DNA from: a virus
IMG/VR virus record: IMGVR_UViG_3300045988_183942
Direction: 5' to 3' (one strand)
Length of the DNA stretch: 53,299 bases
This document shows, piece by piece, positions 26,824 through 35,073 of the stretch. The notes under the pieces are model-generated. The model searched no databases. It was not told the DNA's origin and saw nothing but the letters and a program-made list of their open reading frames with translations. Made by a program: the position numbers and the translations under genes. How positions within the stretch are numbered: position 1 is the stretch's first letter; each line of letters begins with the position of its first letter.

Positions 26824-27170
26824 AAAAATTAATATGTGGAATATGATAGTTATTCTTTTCTATTTACTATTGAATTTATTTTATAAGTGAAACAGCTTGG
26901 TTAATGATTTTGTATTTTTTAAGTTTACATTTTTTTTTAAAACAAAGATAATTCTTCAATGAGGATATCTTTTTTTTATCATATTTAATTTATTTTTTTT
27001 AAGTTATCATCATTTTTATTTTAAACTACTTTAAAAAAAATGATTTGGAAGGGGGGGAAGAAAGTGTAATAACAGTACCTTTTGTTTGAATGATGAATGG
27101 ATTATTTTTAAATATTTTTTTTTAAAATGCAACAGAATAAATACTATTTTTTTTTAAAGGAGCGTAAAAC

Positions 27171-28097
27171 ATGATTAGAGAGTATACTAATTATACAAAT
27201 TATAGTAATATTTGCAATAGAATTGCTTATTGGCTTGTTAATAATAATAAGAAATTTAATGTTAGGCAAGTATATGGTTATATGAATCGTACGGCAGATT
27301 ATGGAACGATTATTAAAGTAATTAAGGAAAGAGGTACAAATTACCAATCTGACAGTCTTATAACTGAATTTGTGGAATGTGCCATACATGATAATAAAGA
27401 TTTAAGCTTTTTACCAAATTATGTGATTGATAAAAATGGTAAGAAGTATATGAAAGATACTTATGTTGATATGTGTCGCAGAGTATCAGCATATGAAGTA
27501 TTAAATGGTGTGAGTCCTGCAATAGTATATTTAACTGGCAATACATCAGTACAAAATACTACAAACAATAATAAATTATATAATTATTTAACAACTTCAG
27601 GCTGTGCAGGTATGGGACAATGCACACCATATTATTGTGCTTGTAATAGTCTACAACAAGCATTTTACCGTTTAACTGGCATTCATATATCAGAATCTAC
27701 AATAGCAAGTGTAGCTGGAACAACTACAGCTGGAACTGGACATCAAGGTATTAATACAACTGTTGCATGGTTTAATCGCAAATATGGAAAAAATATTAAA
27801 ATTACTTGGAAAAACTTCAATGATTTAGGAAGTTCTAATTCAGCAAGATGGAATAAATTAAACGAATATGCAACAAAAGGAGCAGTATTTTGTCACATAT
27901 TGTACCGTAATAAATATGGGCATTATGAAGTACTTAAATCAGTAAATGGTAATAATGTAACTGTTTTAAACAGTTTAGGAAACAGATGCAGTAAACCAGC
28001 ATATTGTGGATATATAGAAACTCGTAGTAAGTCAAATCAATTATCTTATATGAGAGGAATTAGCCAACCGAGTGTTGCAATCTTAACAAAAGGGTGA
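27171..28097 (+). CDS. Pseudomurein endoisopeptidase (PeiW/PeiP-like, peptidase C71) with N-terminal pseudomurein-binding repeats
   Basis: 308 aa. PMBR-like YMKDTYVDMCRRVSAYEVLNGVSPAIVY. C-terminal Cys/His-containing domain (GMGQCTPYYCACNS ... GHYEV). AAGGAG RBS. Confidence 0.65.
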   Translation: MIREYTNYTNYSNICNRIAYWLVNNNKKFNVRQVYGYMNRTADYGTIIKVIKERGTNYQSDSLITEFVECAIHDNKDLSFLPNYVIDKNGKKYMKDTYVDMCRRVSAYEVLNGVSPAIVYLTGNTSVQNTTNNNKLYNYLTTSGCAGMGQCTPYYCACNSLQQAFYRLTGIHISESTIASVAGTTTAGTGHQGINTTVAWFNRKYGKNIKITWKNFNDLGSSNSARWNKLNEYATKGAVFCHILYRNKYGHYEVLKSVNGNNVTVLNSLGNRCSKPAYCGYIETRSKSNQLSYMRGISQPSVAILTKG

Positions 28098-28102
28098 GAA
28101 TT

Positions 28103-28288
28103 ATGACAGAAATGAAAGAAGGTTTAAAAGAAACATTAGATAATTTACAACAAGAATGTAATAAATTGTATGAAGAATATGGTTTGATAGATGAAGTTAT
28201 GGATTTGCAATTATTAATTAATTCATTGAGAAACAAGTTTGATTTAGTTGATGAATCAGAACAGGTATACAATGAATTTGTACAATAA
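28103..28288 (+). CDS. Hypothetical small coiled-coil protein in the lysis cassette
   Basis: ATG at 28103 after GGGTGAG. Followed by a strong hairpin. Confidence 0.45.
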   Translation: MTEMKEGLKETLDNLQQECNKLYEEYGLIDEVMDLQLLINSLRNKFDLVDESEQVYNEFVQ

Positions 28289-28310
28289 TAACATAATTGG
28301 GAACTGTTGG

Positions 28311-28349
28311 AAGTTTATCAACTAATGGTTGATAAACTTATTTTTTTTA
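28311..28349 (+). terminator. Hairpin terminator
   Basis: 12-bp perfect stem aagtttatcaac/gttgataaactt with a 5-nt loop, followed by a T8 run. Confidence 0.65.
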
Positions 28350-28377
28350 TAAAAATAAGTAGTAATAAATAGAAACC

Positions 28378-28385
28378 TTTATATA
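28378..28385 (+). promoter_or_regulatory. Archaeal TATA-box-like element TTTATATA
   Basis: Consensus-like TATA about 37 nt upstream of the small ORF at 28422. Confidence 0.3.
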
Positions 28386-28421
28386 CTATGGTAACCAATA
28401 TAATAATAGAACTACGAGGAG

Positions 28422-28511
28422 GTGGAAAACATTGATAGAAAAGAGTTAGTTGCATGGCTTGGACTAATTGTCCAAGTTGCAACATTAATATACACAATAT
28501 TGATGGGATAA
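28422..28511 (+). CDS. 29-aa single-TM peptide (below the ORF-track cutoff)
   Basis: GTG start overlapping GAGGAGG. Peptide MENIDRKELVAWLGLIVQVATLIYTILMG. Followed by hairpin gatggga-(8 nt)-tcccatc. Start codon assignment is weak. Confidence 0.25.
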   Translation: MENIDRKELVAWLGLIVQVATLIYTILMG

Positions 28512-28587
28512 AAAAATCCCATCATCAAATTTAAAATTTAAAATTTTTATTATTTAAATTTTTTCCCAAAAAAGAGGTGGATGAAAA

Positions 28588-28734
28588 ATGTTAACAATAG
28601 CAAACATCGTAAATATAATAATAACCATATTATTCATAATATTAGTAATATCTGAAAGAAACAATCCTAAAAAACTACCAATAATATTATGTGGAATATC
28701 AATTGTATTAACAATTTTAAGCTTTGTCCTTTAA
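28588..28734 (+). CDS. 48-aa two-TM protein, holin-like candidate (below the ORF-track cutoff)
   Basis: ATG is 7 nt after AGAGGTGG. Peptide MLTIANIVNIIITILFIILVISERNNPKKLPIILCGISIVLTILSFVL. A terminator hairpin overlaps the stop. Confidence 0.5.
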   Translation: MLTIANIVNIIITILFIILVISERNNPKKLPIILCGISIVLTILSFVL

Positions 28735-28755
28735 AAAGACAAAGCTATTTTTTTT
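28721..28755 (+). terminator. Hairpin terminator gctttgtc-(9 nt)-gacaaagc plus T-run
   Basis: 8-bp perfect stem followed by tattttttttt. Confidence 0.55.
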
Positions 28756-28773
28756 TAAAAGGAGAATGAAATT

Positions 28774-29115
28774 ATGGAAAGAAGCACAATAAAATTAGAA
28801 GTAAGTTTAATTAATAAAATAAAAGAAATACAAGCATTAAACGGTTACAAATCAGTAAATGAAACAGTAAAACATATCCTGCCACAAGGAACAGTAACAC
28901 CTGAAACAGTAACTTATGAACAACCAGCATTCACATTAAACGATAAAGAAACTTATAAAAATGTTTCATGGGATGAATTAAAAAAAGCAGAAATTGGTAA
29001 AACATGGATTAATAATGAAGAGGCAACTGTAATATACAAAGATGAAATCGGAGCATTAATAAGATTTGTTGATGCATTTGGGGAGGTTTATTTAAATTAC
29101 TTCCACTTTTTATGA
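28774..29115 (+). CDS. Hypothetical protein, possible N-terminal ribbon-helix-helix
   Basis: AAGGAG RBS. STIKLEVSLINKIKEIQALNGYKSVNETVKHIL has an RHH-like pattern. Confidence 0.35.
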   Translation: MERSTIKLEVSLINKIKEIQALNGYKSVNETVKHILPQGTVTPETVTYEQPAFTLNDKETYKNVSWDELKKAEIGKTWINNEEATVIYKDEIGALIRFVDAFGEVYLNYFHFL

Positions 29116-29460
29116 AAAAGGAAATTTTTTCATTTTTAAAGAATTACCTTTTTATATATTTAATACTACTATAATTTCAATTTTTTTTACCAATATGAGA
29201 TTATCAAATAATTTAATTTAGAATAAATAGGTATTTAATTATTAAAATCTATACTTTCACAAAACAGAAGGTTATATTATTATTGATAATTTAATTAAAT
29301 ATAGTTTGAATATGAATTCAAAAACAGGATTTTTAAGTATTTAATTTTGTTTTGAATGAATAATTGGAGGAATATTTAAAACTATAATTACAAAATATTT
29401 ATAATAATTAAAATATATAGTATATCAAAGGAGATTTTATTTTTAGTGTAGGTTTTAAAA

Positions 29461-30216
29461 ATGTCAGATTTAGAATTCAAGAAACATTATTTGCAAGAGA
29501 TTATTTTTAAAGTAGATTTTAGAAATATTGGTGAGTTATTGGGAATGGAATCTAATCCTGATAAGTTTGTAAATATTATAAAAAAGGAATTTCCTAAGGT
29601 AAAGGGTATTGCTCAGCAAAATAAAGTTGAAATTTCAGCAGAAAACCCAGAAATAGAAAATATTGAGCAAAATAATATATGGGCTTATACAACTGCTGAT
29701 GATTCAAAATTTATTGAGTTATCTATGAATCATATTGCTATTTCATATGATGGCACTAAATACAAATCTCATTATGAATTAATTGAAGATATTAAATTAA
29801 TTATTAATGCATTAAAATGTTATGATGTGCATACGGTCAATAAAATTGGATTAAGATATATTAATGAAGTTTCGCCAGAAGTAGAAATTATTAATTGGGA
29901 TGATTGGATTAATCCTAAATTACATAATTTTAATTCTATAAATAATGAGTTAAAATTAATGAGAGTTTTAACTCAATCTGAATATCAAATAAGAGGATAC
30001 AACTTGGATTTCACATATGGACAATTTAATTTGAATTATCCAAATATTGAAATTAAAAATGATTTTGTTTTAGATTATGATTGTTATACTTCTTCTTTAA
30101 CTGATAGTGGTGATTTAATTAAAATTTTTGAAGAAATGCATGATATTATTAAATTATTGTTTAATGAGAGTATTGGAAAGGAATTATTTAAAGATTTAAA
30201 AGGTGAGTTAGAATGA
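29461..30216 (+). CDS. TIGR04255-like uncharacterised protein (cassette gene A)
   Basis: 251 aa. N-terminal KKHYLQEIIFKVDF and internal IGLRYINEV resemble the TIGR04255 family signature as I recall it. Confidence 0.4.
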   Translation: MSDLEFKKHYLQEIIFKVDFRNIGELLGMESNPDKFVNIIKKEFPKVKGIAQQNKVEISAENPEIENIEQNNIWAYTTADDSKFIELSMNHIAISYDGTKYKSHYELIEDIKLIINALKCYDVHTVNKIGLRYINEVSPEVEIINWDDWINPKLHNFNSINNELKLMRVLTQSEYQIRGYNLDFTYGQFNLNYPNIEIKNDFVLDYDCYTSSLTDSGDLIKIFEEMHDIIKLLFNESIGKELFKDLKGELE

Positions 30217-30695
30217 ATGGGACTGTTACACACTCTATTGCTGAAAATTCTTTTAAAATTCCTAGAATATCTAATAGATTAAAATTTGCAGATAAATTCA
30301 AAAGAAATAATGAGAATACTGTATTATCTACAAAATATGCAAAAGTAAATTATGGTGATTTTCTTCAAAAAAGTATTAAATTAGAATTGTTTTTAAATTC
30401 AACATTTAATATAGAATCTAAACGTGAAGATTTGATTTCATTTATTATTAATAATAATTTATTAGATATAATAAAAGAGTTACCAAATAATCTTGAAGAA
30501 TATTTTGATACTTTAGATTTGGAAATTCATTTAGAAAATAAATGGAATAATAAAAAATGGATTGTTGTTAAAGTTTTTACTAAACTTGATGGAGAATCTG
30601 CAAGTAATAAATTAGATTTAATTGAAGATAAATTATTTGAAAAGTATCAAGATGATTTTTTAGATAATATATTATTATCTGTGGAGTTTGAATGA
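30213..30695 (+). CDS. Unknown protein (cassette gene B)
   Basis: ATGA overlap with both neighbours. 160 aa. No recognisable nucleotidyltransferase motif. Confidence 0.5.
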   Translation: MNGTVTHSIAENSFKIPRISNRLKFADKFKRNNENTVLSTKYAKVNYGDFLQKSIKLELFLNSTFNIESKREDLISFIINNNLLDIIKELPNNLEEYFDTLDLEIHLENKWNNKKWIVVKVFTKLDGESASNKLDLIEDKLFEKYQDDFLDNILLSVEFE

Positions 30696-31105
30696 GTTCT
30701 GAAGAAAAATTTGACTGGTGTGAATATTATAATTTCGCTGATTCTTTTTCAAGTTCAGATAATCCTGCTGAATTAAGAAGTGGTATTAGTAGATTTTATT
30801 ATTCTGCTTTTTGTACTTGTAGAGATTATATTATTGAACATAGGTTATGGGGTGATGATGAAGAACTTGAAAAGATTATGACCTCCAAATCTTCAAAGGT
30901 TCATGAAAAAACATATGAAATTTTTCATGACAATCATTTTTTAAATAGACAAAAACACGGTATGAAAATTGCGAGACTTCTATTGGAACTTCGTGATAAA
31001 AGAAATGATGCGGATTATAAGTCGGAAAAGTATAATGTAAAATATAATCATGCTTTTGTCAAAGCCAGGACAAAAAAACTTTTCGATGAGTTTAAAAAAT
31101 TATAA
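30692..31105 (+). CDS. HEPN-domain protein, UPF0332-like (cassette gene C)
   Basis: GISRFYYSAFCTCRDYII ... KVHEKT ... LRDKRNDADY matches the UPF0332/HEPN helix pattern (sRaYYa.F ... H ... R..aDY). Confidence 0.5.
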   Translation: MSSEEKFDWCEYYNFADSFSSSDNPAELRSGISRFYYSAFCTCRDYIIEHRLWGDDEELEKIMTSKSSKVHEKTYEIFHDNHFLNRQKHGMKIARLLLELRDKRNDADYKSEKYNVKYNHAFVKARTKKLFDEFKKL

Positions 31106-31107
31106 AT

Positions 31108-31355
31108 TTGTTTGAATTTGATAACATCGATTTGGAATTAATTGAAGATATGAAAAAATTATTTGATGGTTTGAATAATGAAGAAGTTTGTGCATTAACT
31201 TATTTTACTTTCTCGGAAACCACTACTGAATCTTTAATTAGAATTAGAATTATTGAAAATAGAGAAAAAATAGCAGTAAATTTATTTAAAAGAATAAAAT
31301 TAGTGTAGGGAAAGCATCTGAAATTGCAGGTTTACATTTAAAAGAGTTTTACTGA
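31108..31355 (+). pseudogene. UPF0175-like (VapB-type antitoxin-like) gene, disrupted by a -1 frame change and truncated
   Basis: The frame ending at TAG 31306-31308 reads ...EKIAVNLFKRIKLV*. The -1 frame from 31290 reads KNKISVGKASEIAGLHLKEFY*, which matches the gk.SlgkAAeiaGl core. The junction lies in an A-run. Confidence 0.35.
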
Positions 31356-31410
31356 TTTATTATTGAATAAAAATAAAAAAAAGTAATGATATTAATCAAT
31401 ATAATAATTT

Positions 31411-32553
31411 TTATCTTTTTTTGAATTTATCTAAAACATTACATAACCCATCATCAAACAACATTTCCTCAATAGCAGACAACCTATTATTCATAGTCTT
31501 CACTTCAACCTCTTTTTCCTGATATTTACCTTCTAACTCCAGATATTCTGGAGATTTGTAAGTAATATTATTCCAATTAATCATTAAACAATCAAGATGA
31601 TTAATATATTCTTCACGGAGTTTTTCAGGATCTTCCATAAAATAACTACTGTGCGTTGCATCTTTTCCTCTGCCTTGTAGAGCATCTACAAATTCGATAC
31701 TGCAATTATCGTTGAATAATTGGCTTGCATGGAATTTACGAAGCATATGGGGTCTAAATCGGATGTATGTTCCTTTTTTGCCTAATCCTAATTTATTGTT
31801 TAATTGTTCAAAAGATATGCTTGTGTAGTTTTCAGTTAAATTAAATAGTTTATCAGTGTTTTTTAAATCACGATTTGATGAAATAAGATAATTAATTATT
31901 TCTGATGTAGATTCTGGTGATGAAAAGGTTGTGTAAAATTTATTGGTTTTAGGACGTCGAAGTTCCCAAGTAGGAACTACATCTTTTTTGTCTTTAAGTA
32001 CATTTAATACATCGTAAATATTATTTTCTTGATGATATTGTTTAGTAGCATCTATAAAATTTTGTATTGTGAAATTTAATGTTTCTATTCTACTACAACC
32101 GCTGCTGCTGATAAAGAGGATTATTGCTCTCATTCGAGTGTTACTGATGTCTAATGCTTTTTTAATGATTTCATGGTCTGGTAAATCTTTAAATGTGATG
32201 GGTTTGTTTTGGTTAACATTTTTCATAGAATAGATTGGGAGTTGGTGGATTTCAATATCGTAATGTTTGTAGATGGTTAATATTTTTGAGAACATTATTC
32301 TTGCAGATCCAACAAGGTAATTTTCATAAATATATGATCTATAGTTCATTAATCTTTTTTTTAATGTACGATTTTTCCAACGAATGCCTTGTTCTTCTTC
32401 TTTTTCTGCTTCTTGTATGAGGTCTACTAATGATTTTTGTTGATATTGTGTGTATGTTTTAATATAACTTTTGTATACATTTATTGTTGTTTGTTTGAGG
32501 TTTCGGGATTTTGCAAAATCAGTTAGCAATTCTTTATCATTTTTCATATACAT
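31411..32553 (-). CDS. int: Tyrosine recombinase/integrase
   Basis: 380 aa. SSGCSRIETL (Arg box), HMLRKFHAS (HxxR-type box) and a C-terminal ...ATHSSYF Tyr region. Confidence 0.7.
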   Translation of the reverse strand: MYMKNDKELLTDFAKSRNLKQTTINVYKSYIKTYTQYQQKSLVDLIQEAEKEEEQGIRWKNRTLKKRLMNYRSYIYENYLVGSARIMFSKILTIYKHYDIEIHQLPIYSMKNVNQNKPITFKDLPDHEIIKKALDISNTRMRAIILFISSSGCSRIETLNFTIQNFIDATKQYHQENNIYDVLNVLKDKKDVVPTWELRRPKTNKFYTTFSSPESTSEIINYLISSNRDLKNTDKLFNLTENYTSISFEQLNNKLGLGKKGTYIRFRPHMLRKFHASQLFNDNCSIEFVDALQGRGKDATHSSYFMEDPEKLREEYINHLDCLMINWNNITYKSPEYLELEGKYQEKEVEVKTMNNRLSAIEEMLFDDGLCNVLDKFKKR

Positions 32554-32967
32554 ATCATTTCATCCTTAGTTGTTATTTGCTCTTTTTGTATGTGAGCATT
32601 TGAAAAGTATATGGAAAAAGAATATTTTTATTCTATTATAATTATCTTTTTTCATATACTTTGTATTATGATATGTTTTTAAGTAGTATATGATATTATC
32701 TATTATTTTTTGTTATTGGAGATTTTAATTTTTTGTATGTTGTTACAATATTTTCATGTTTTTGTTTGAAAGTGACCCATATATTTTTCCAAAAAATACT
32801 ATACAAAATAATATGCATATTATAATTTTGTTGAACAAAATGTAATTTAATTATTATAGTAAGGTTTAAATATTCAAAACAATAATAAATATAATTAGAC
32901 AAAAATAGAAAGGAGTTAATATTATACTTCGGAGGTATTAATTATTAAAATAGGAGGTTAAAAAAAT

Positions 32968-33480
32968 ATGAATAATGAAATTGAATATCATCCTGAAAAA
33001 TTAAAATCAGTAATACATTACATCATAAGTAAATGTGGTTTAAATCATAATGTTGGTAGAACAGTAATGTACAAATTATTGTATTTTTCTGACTTCAATT
33101 TTTATGAAATATATGAAACTCCAATTACTGGAGAAACATATATTAAAAAACCAAACGGCCCAATATCTTCACATTTTCTTGATTTAAAAGATGAATTAAT
33201 AAGTGAAGGAAAAATAAAAGAAGACGTGGAAAGAGTAATTGACTATCCCAAATATAAATATACTTCTCTTATAGGGCCTGATGTTACTAATTTAAGTAAA
33301 CAGGAATTAGAAGTTATAGATGATACTATTAACAAATTATCTGATATGAGTGCAAAGGAAATTAGTAATTATTCTCATGGAGATTTACCATGGCGAATTG
33401 CAGAAACTAATGCTGAATTAGATTATGAGTATGTTTTTTATCGTGATCCAGAATATATTGTGAGGGAATATGATGAGTAA
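32968..33480 (+). CDS. Panacea/DUF4065 (SocA/PanA-like) antitoxin-domain protein
   Basis: RTVMYKLLYFSDFNFYEIYETPITGETYIKKPNGPISSHF fits the DUF4065 core (KLqKLLYf.d ... GP). GGAGG RBS. Confidence 0.55.
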   Translation: MNNEIEYHPEKLKSVIHYIISKCGLNHNVGRTVMYKLLYFSDFNFYEIYETPITGETYIKKPNGPISSHFLDLKDELISEGKIKEDVERVIDYPKYKYTSLIGPDVTNLSKQELEVIDDTINKLSDMSAKEISNYSHGDLPWRIAETNAELDYEYVFYRDPEYIVREYDE

Positions 33481-33853
33481 ACTGGATAATTATCAGTTTG
33501 ATACTCACCCTCTTTTTGATGATGAATTTAATAAAATTATTAATAGGCATAAATGCCCTACTTTAAAAGAGGATTTTGAAAGGTTAAAATTTGCATTGGT
33601 GCAATATTTGGAGGATTTAAATAGGTTTCCAGTTAATATATGTAATAGGATTGCAGGGTTAGATAGTAAAGTAAAATTTCCAGCTTTTATTGTTAAGAAT
33701 TTCCGTTGTAAAGGAATTAATAAAGGGTCTCGTTCTGGTTTTAGAATTACTTTTTTATTTTCCCGTGAAGATAATCTTTTTTATTTTGTTGAAATTTATA
33801 ATAAAAATAAGAAACCTGTTGAGGATAAAGAAAGAATTAATGAGTTATTTTAG
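33470..33853 (+). CDS. RelE/ParE-superfamily-like toxin
   Basis: Overlaps the upstream gene by 11 nt. KGINKGSRSGFRITFLFSREDNLFYFVEIYNKNKKPVEDKERI fits the G.sgGyRviy...l.iy.K pattern. Confidence 0.5.
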   Translation: MMSKLDNYQFDTHPLFDDEFNKIINRHKCPTLKEDFERLKFALVQYLEDLNRFPVNICNRIAGLDSKVKFPAFIVKNFRCKGINKGSRSGFRITFLFSREDNLFYFVEIYNKNKKPVEDKERINELF

Positions 33854-33940
33854 AATTCTAAAAAAAAATTTTTTAATGGTTAACAATCTTAACATTTTAT
33901 TAATTAGTAAAAACAAAAAATAGAATTGTAAAAAGTGGAG

Positions 33941-33962
33941 TTGGGGTGCTGCAACACCCCAA
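33941..33962 (-). terminator. GC-rich hairpin ttggggtg-ctgcaa-caccccaa, terminator for the leftward AbrB-like transcript
   Basis: 8-bp stem. On the minus strand it is followed by T-rich sequence. Confidence 0.45.
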
Positions 33963-34147
33963 TCCTAGCTACTAAAAAAACAAGACACCTGAGATGATGT
34001 AATGAAATTCGTAGCCAATTATAATATATGGTTAAAATGCTATATAATCTTTTGTTATATAGTCGCTGATGGAAAGCGAAGGTTACAATATTTAGCGAGA
34101 GCTATCAATAATTTAAACTTATTTTTAGAAAAAAATATAGTTGCTAC

Positions 34148-34324
34148 TTACTCTTTTTTAATTTCTACAATTATTTCTCCATCATCTGTATTTACTACCC
34201 ATACCATTTTATCATCTTTATGTAGTTCAAGTATCCCTACAATTTCTGCAGGAATAGTTGTTCTTAATGATTTTGAGTTTGGATTTTGCAAGATAATATT
34301 TGATTTAACTTCAAACAATTTCAT
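34148..34324 (-). CDS. AbrB/SpoVT-type (looped-hinge helix) transcription regulator, 58 aa (below the ORF-track cutoff)
   Basis: Minus-strand ATG at 34324 preceded by AGGAG. Peptide MKLFEVKSNIILQNPNSKSLRTTIPAEIVGILELHKDDKMVWVVNTDDGEIIVEIKKE has the S.r.tIPaeI..l.l..gD signature. Confidence 0.6.
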   Translation of the reverse strand: MKLFEVKSNIILQNPNSKSLRTTIPAEIVGILELHKDDKMVWVVNTDDGEIIVEIKKE

Positions 34325-34507
34325 ACACTCCTTTTTGTCTTTTTTTATTAATATATTTGATAATGAATAATATATATTTTATCTATACTTAATTGAATTA
34401 TAGATAAAAAATAGATAAAGTTTATATAGTAGTTAAGACAACTATAAAATAAGGAAGTTTGATAGAAGCTGCAACTTCTACAACAGATTTCCATAAAAAA
34501 TCCTGAG

Positions 34508-34708
34508 ATGATGAAAATGTTAGATATATTAGATATATTTGAATTAAATGGAGAACAATACAAAGTTCTCGAAAACAACGACCACTATGTCGTTGTAAAC
34601 AGTAAAAACATAGCATTAGTAGGGGTCAGTGACCCTGCTGATGCTAAAGAAAGATTAAAATTACATCTTGAAAGATGTGATCACTATCTTAATGAGGTGT
34701 TAGTATGA
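34508..34708 (+). CDS. Early-operon hypothetical protein
   Basis: First gene of the rightward early operon. Confidence 0.5.
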   Translation: MMKMLDILDIFELNGEQYKVLENNDHYVVVNSKNIALVGVSDPADAKERLKLHLERCDHYLNEVLV

Positions 34709-34872
34709 CTCCCTCAAATCTTCAGGAAATCATGGATAAATATCCAAATTTCGAAGACATATCACCGGAATTAAGCCAAGCAACATTATTAGCTTTTGCT
34801 AAAAAAGGTTATGCGACTCAAATCCTTCTTAAAGAAGGTATGCTTAAGGATGGGGATTTAAAATGCATATAG
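34705..34872 (+). CDS. Early-operon hypothetical protein, 55 aa (below the ORF-track cutoff)
   Basis: ATGA overlap upstream and an overlapping start downstream. Fills an otherwise uncoded gap. Confidence 0.45.
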   Translation: MTPSNLQEIMDKYPNFEDISPELSQATLLAFAKKGYATQILLKEGMLKDGDLKCI

Positions 34873-35072
34873 ATACTATTTTTTGCCTACAAGTCAGCAT
34901 AGGAGATAATCATCATCTCCTTGTTAAGATGGATGGTGATTTAGAAATTAAAATCACCACCATGGATCATCTGAGAAATCTTAATGGTGATTTGGAGGTT
35001 GTTAAGCCTGATGGTGGGTGCTATGCTATTGATTGCAACCGTATTTTAGCAGTATTTAAAAAGGAGAATTAG
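34863..35072 (+). CDS. Hypothetical protein
   Basis: Operonic ORF. Confidence 0.45.
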   Translation: MHIDTIFCLQVSIGDNHHLLVKMDGDLEIKITTMDHLRNLNGDLEVVKPDGGCYAIDCNRILAVFKKEN

Positions 35073-35073
35073 A

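Noticed and set aside
32605-32663. Imperfect inverted repeat aaagtatatggaaaaa / tttttcatatacttt upstream of the integrase gene (possible arm or operator site)
   Set aside because: It is short, imperfect and almost pure A/T. I cannot distinguish it from chance without comparative data.
32696-32902. 68-aa minus-strand ORF in the integrase/PanA intergenic region
   Set aside because: It has no RBS and an Ile/Asn/Tyr-rich product typical of AT-rich non-coding DNA. The region is better read as divergent promoter DNA.
33690-33923. 77-aa + strand ORF overlapping the RelE-like toxin gene in another frame
   Set aside because: It lies almost entirely (33690-33853) within a better-supported gene. Its Leu/Ile/Lys-rich composition is typical of an off-frame AT-rich translation.
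34002-34370. 122-aa + strand ORF listed in the track
   Set aside because: The product is low-complexity and hydrophobic, has no RBS, and begins in a terminator region. The opposite strand encodes a well-formed AbrB-like protein with an AGGAG RBS (34148-34324).
33988-34513. 12-nt repeat cctgagatgatg at 33988 and 34502, each downstream of a hairpin with a ctgcaa loop
   Set aside because: A 12-mer match is expected many times by chance in about 53 kb of AT-biased sequence. The hairpins are adequately explained as a terminator and an operator-region structure. I kept it only as context for the AbrB finding.
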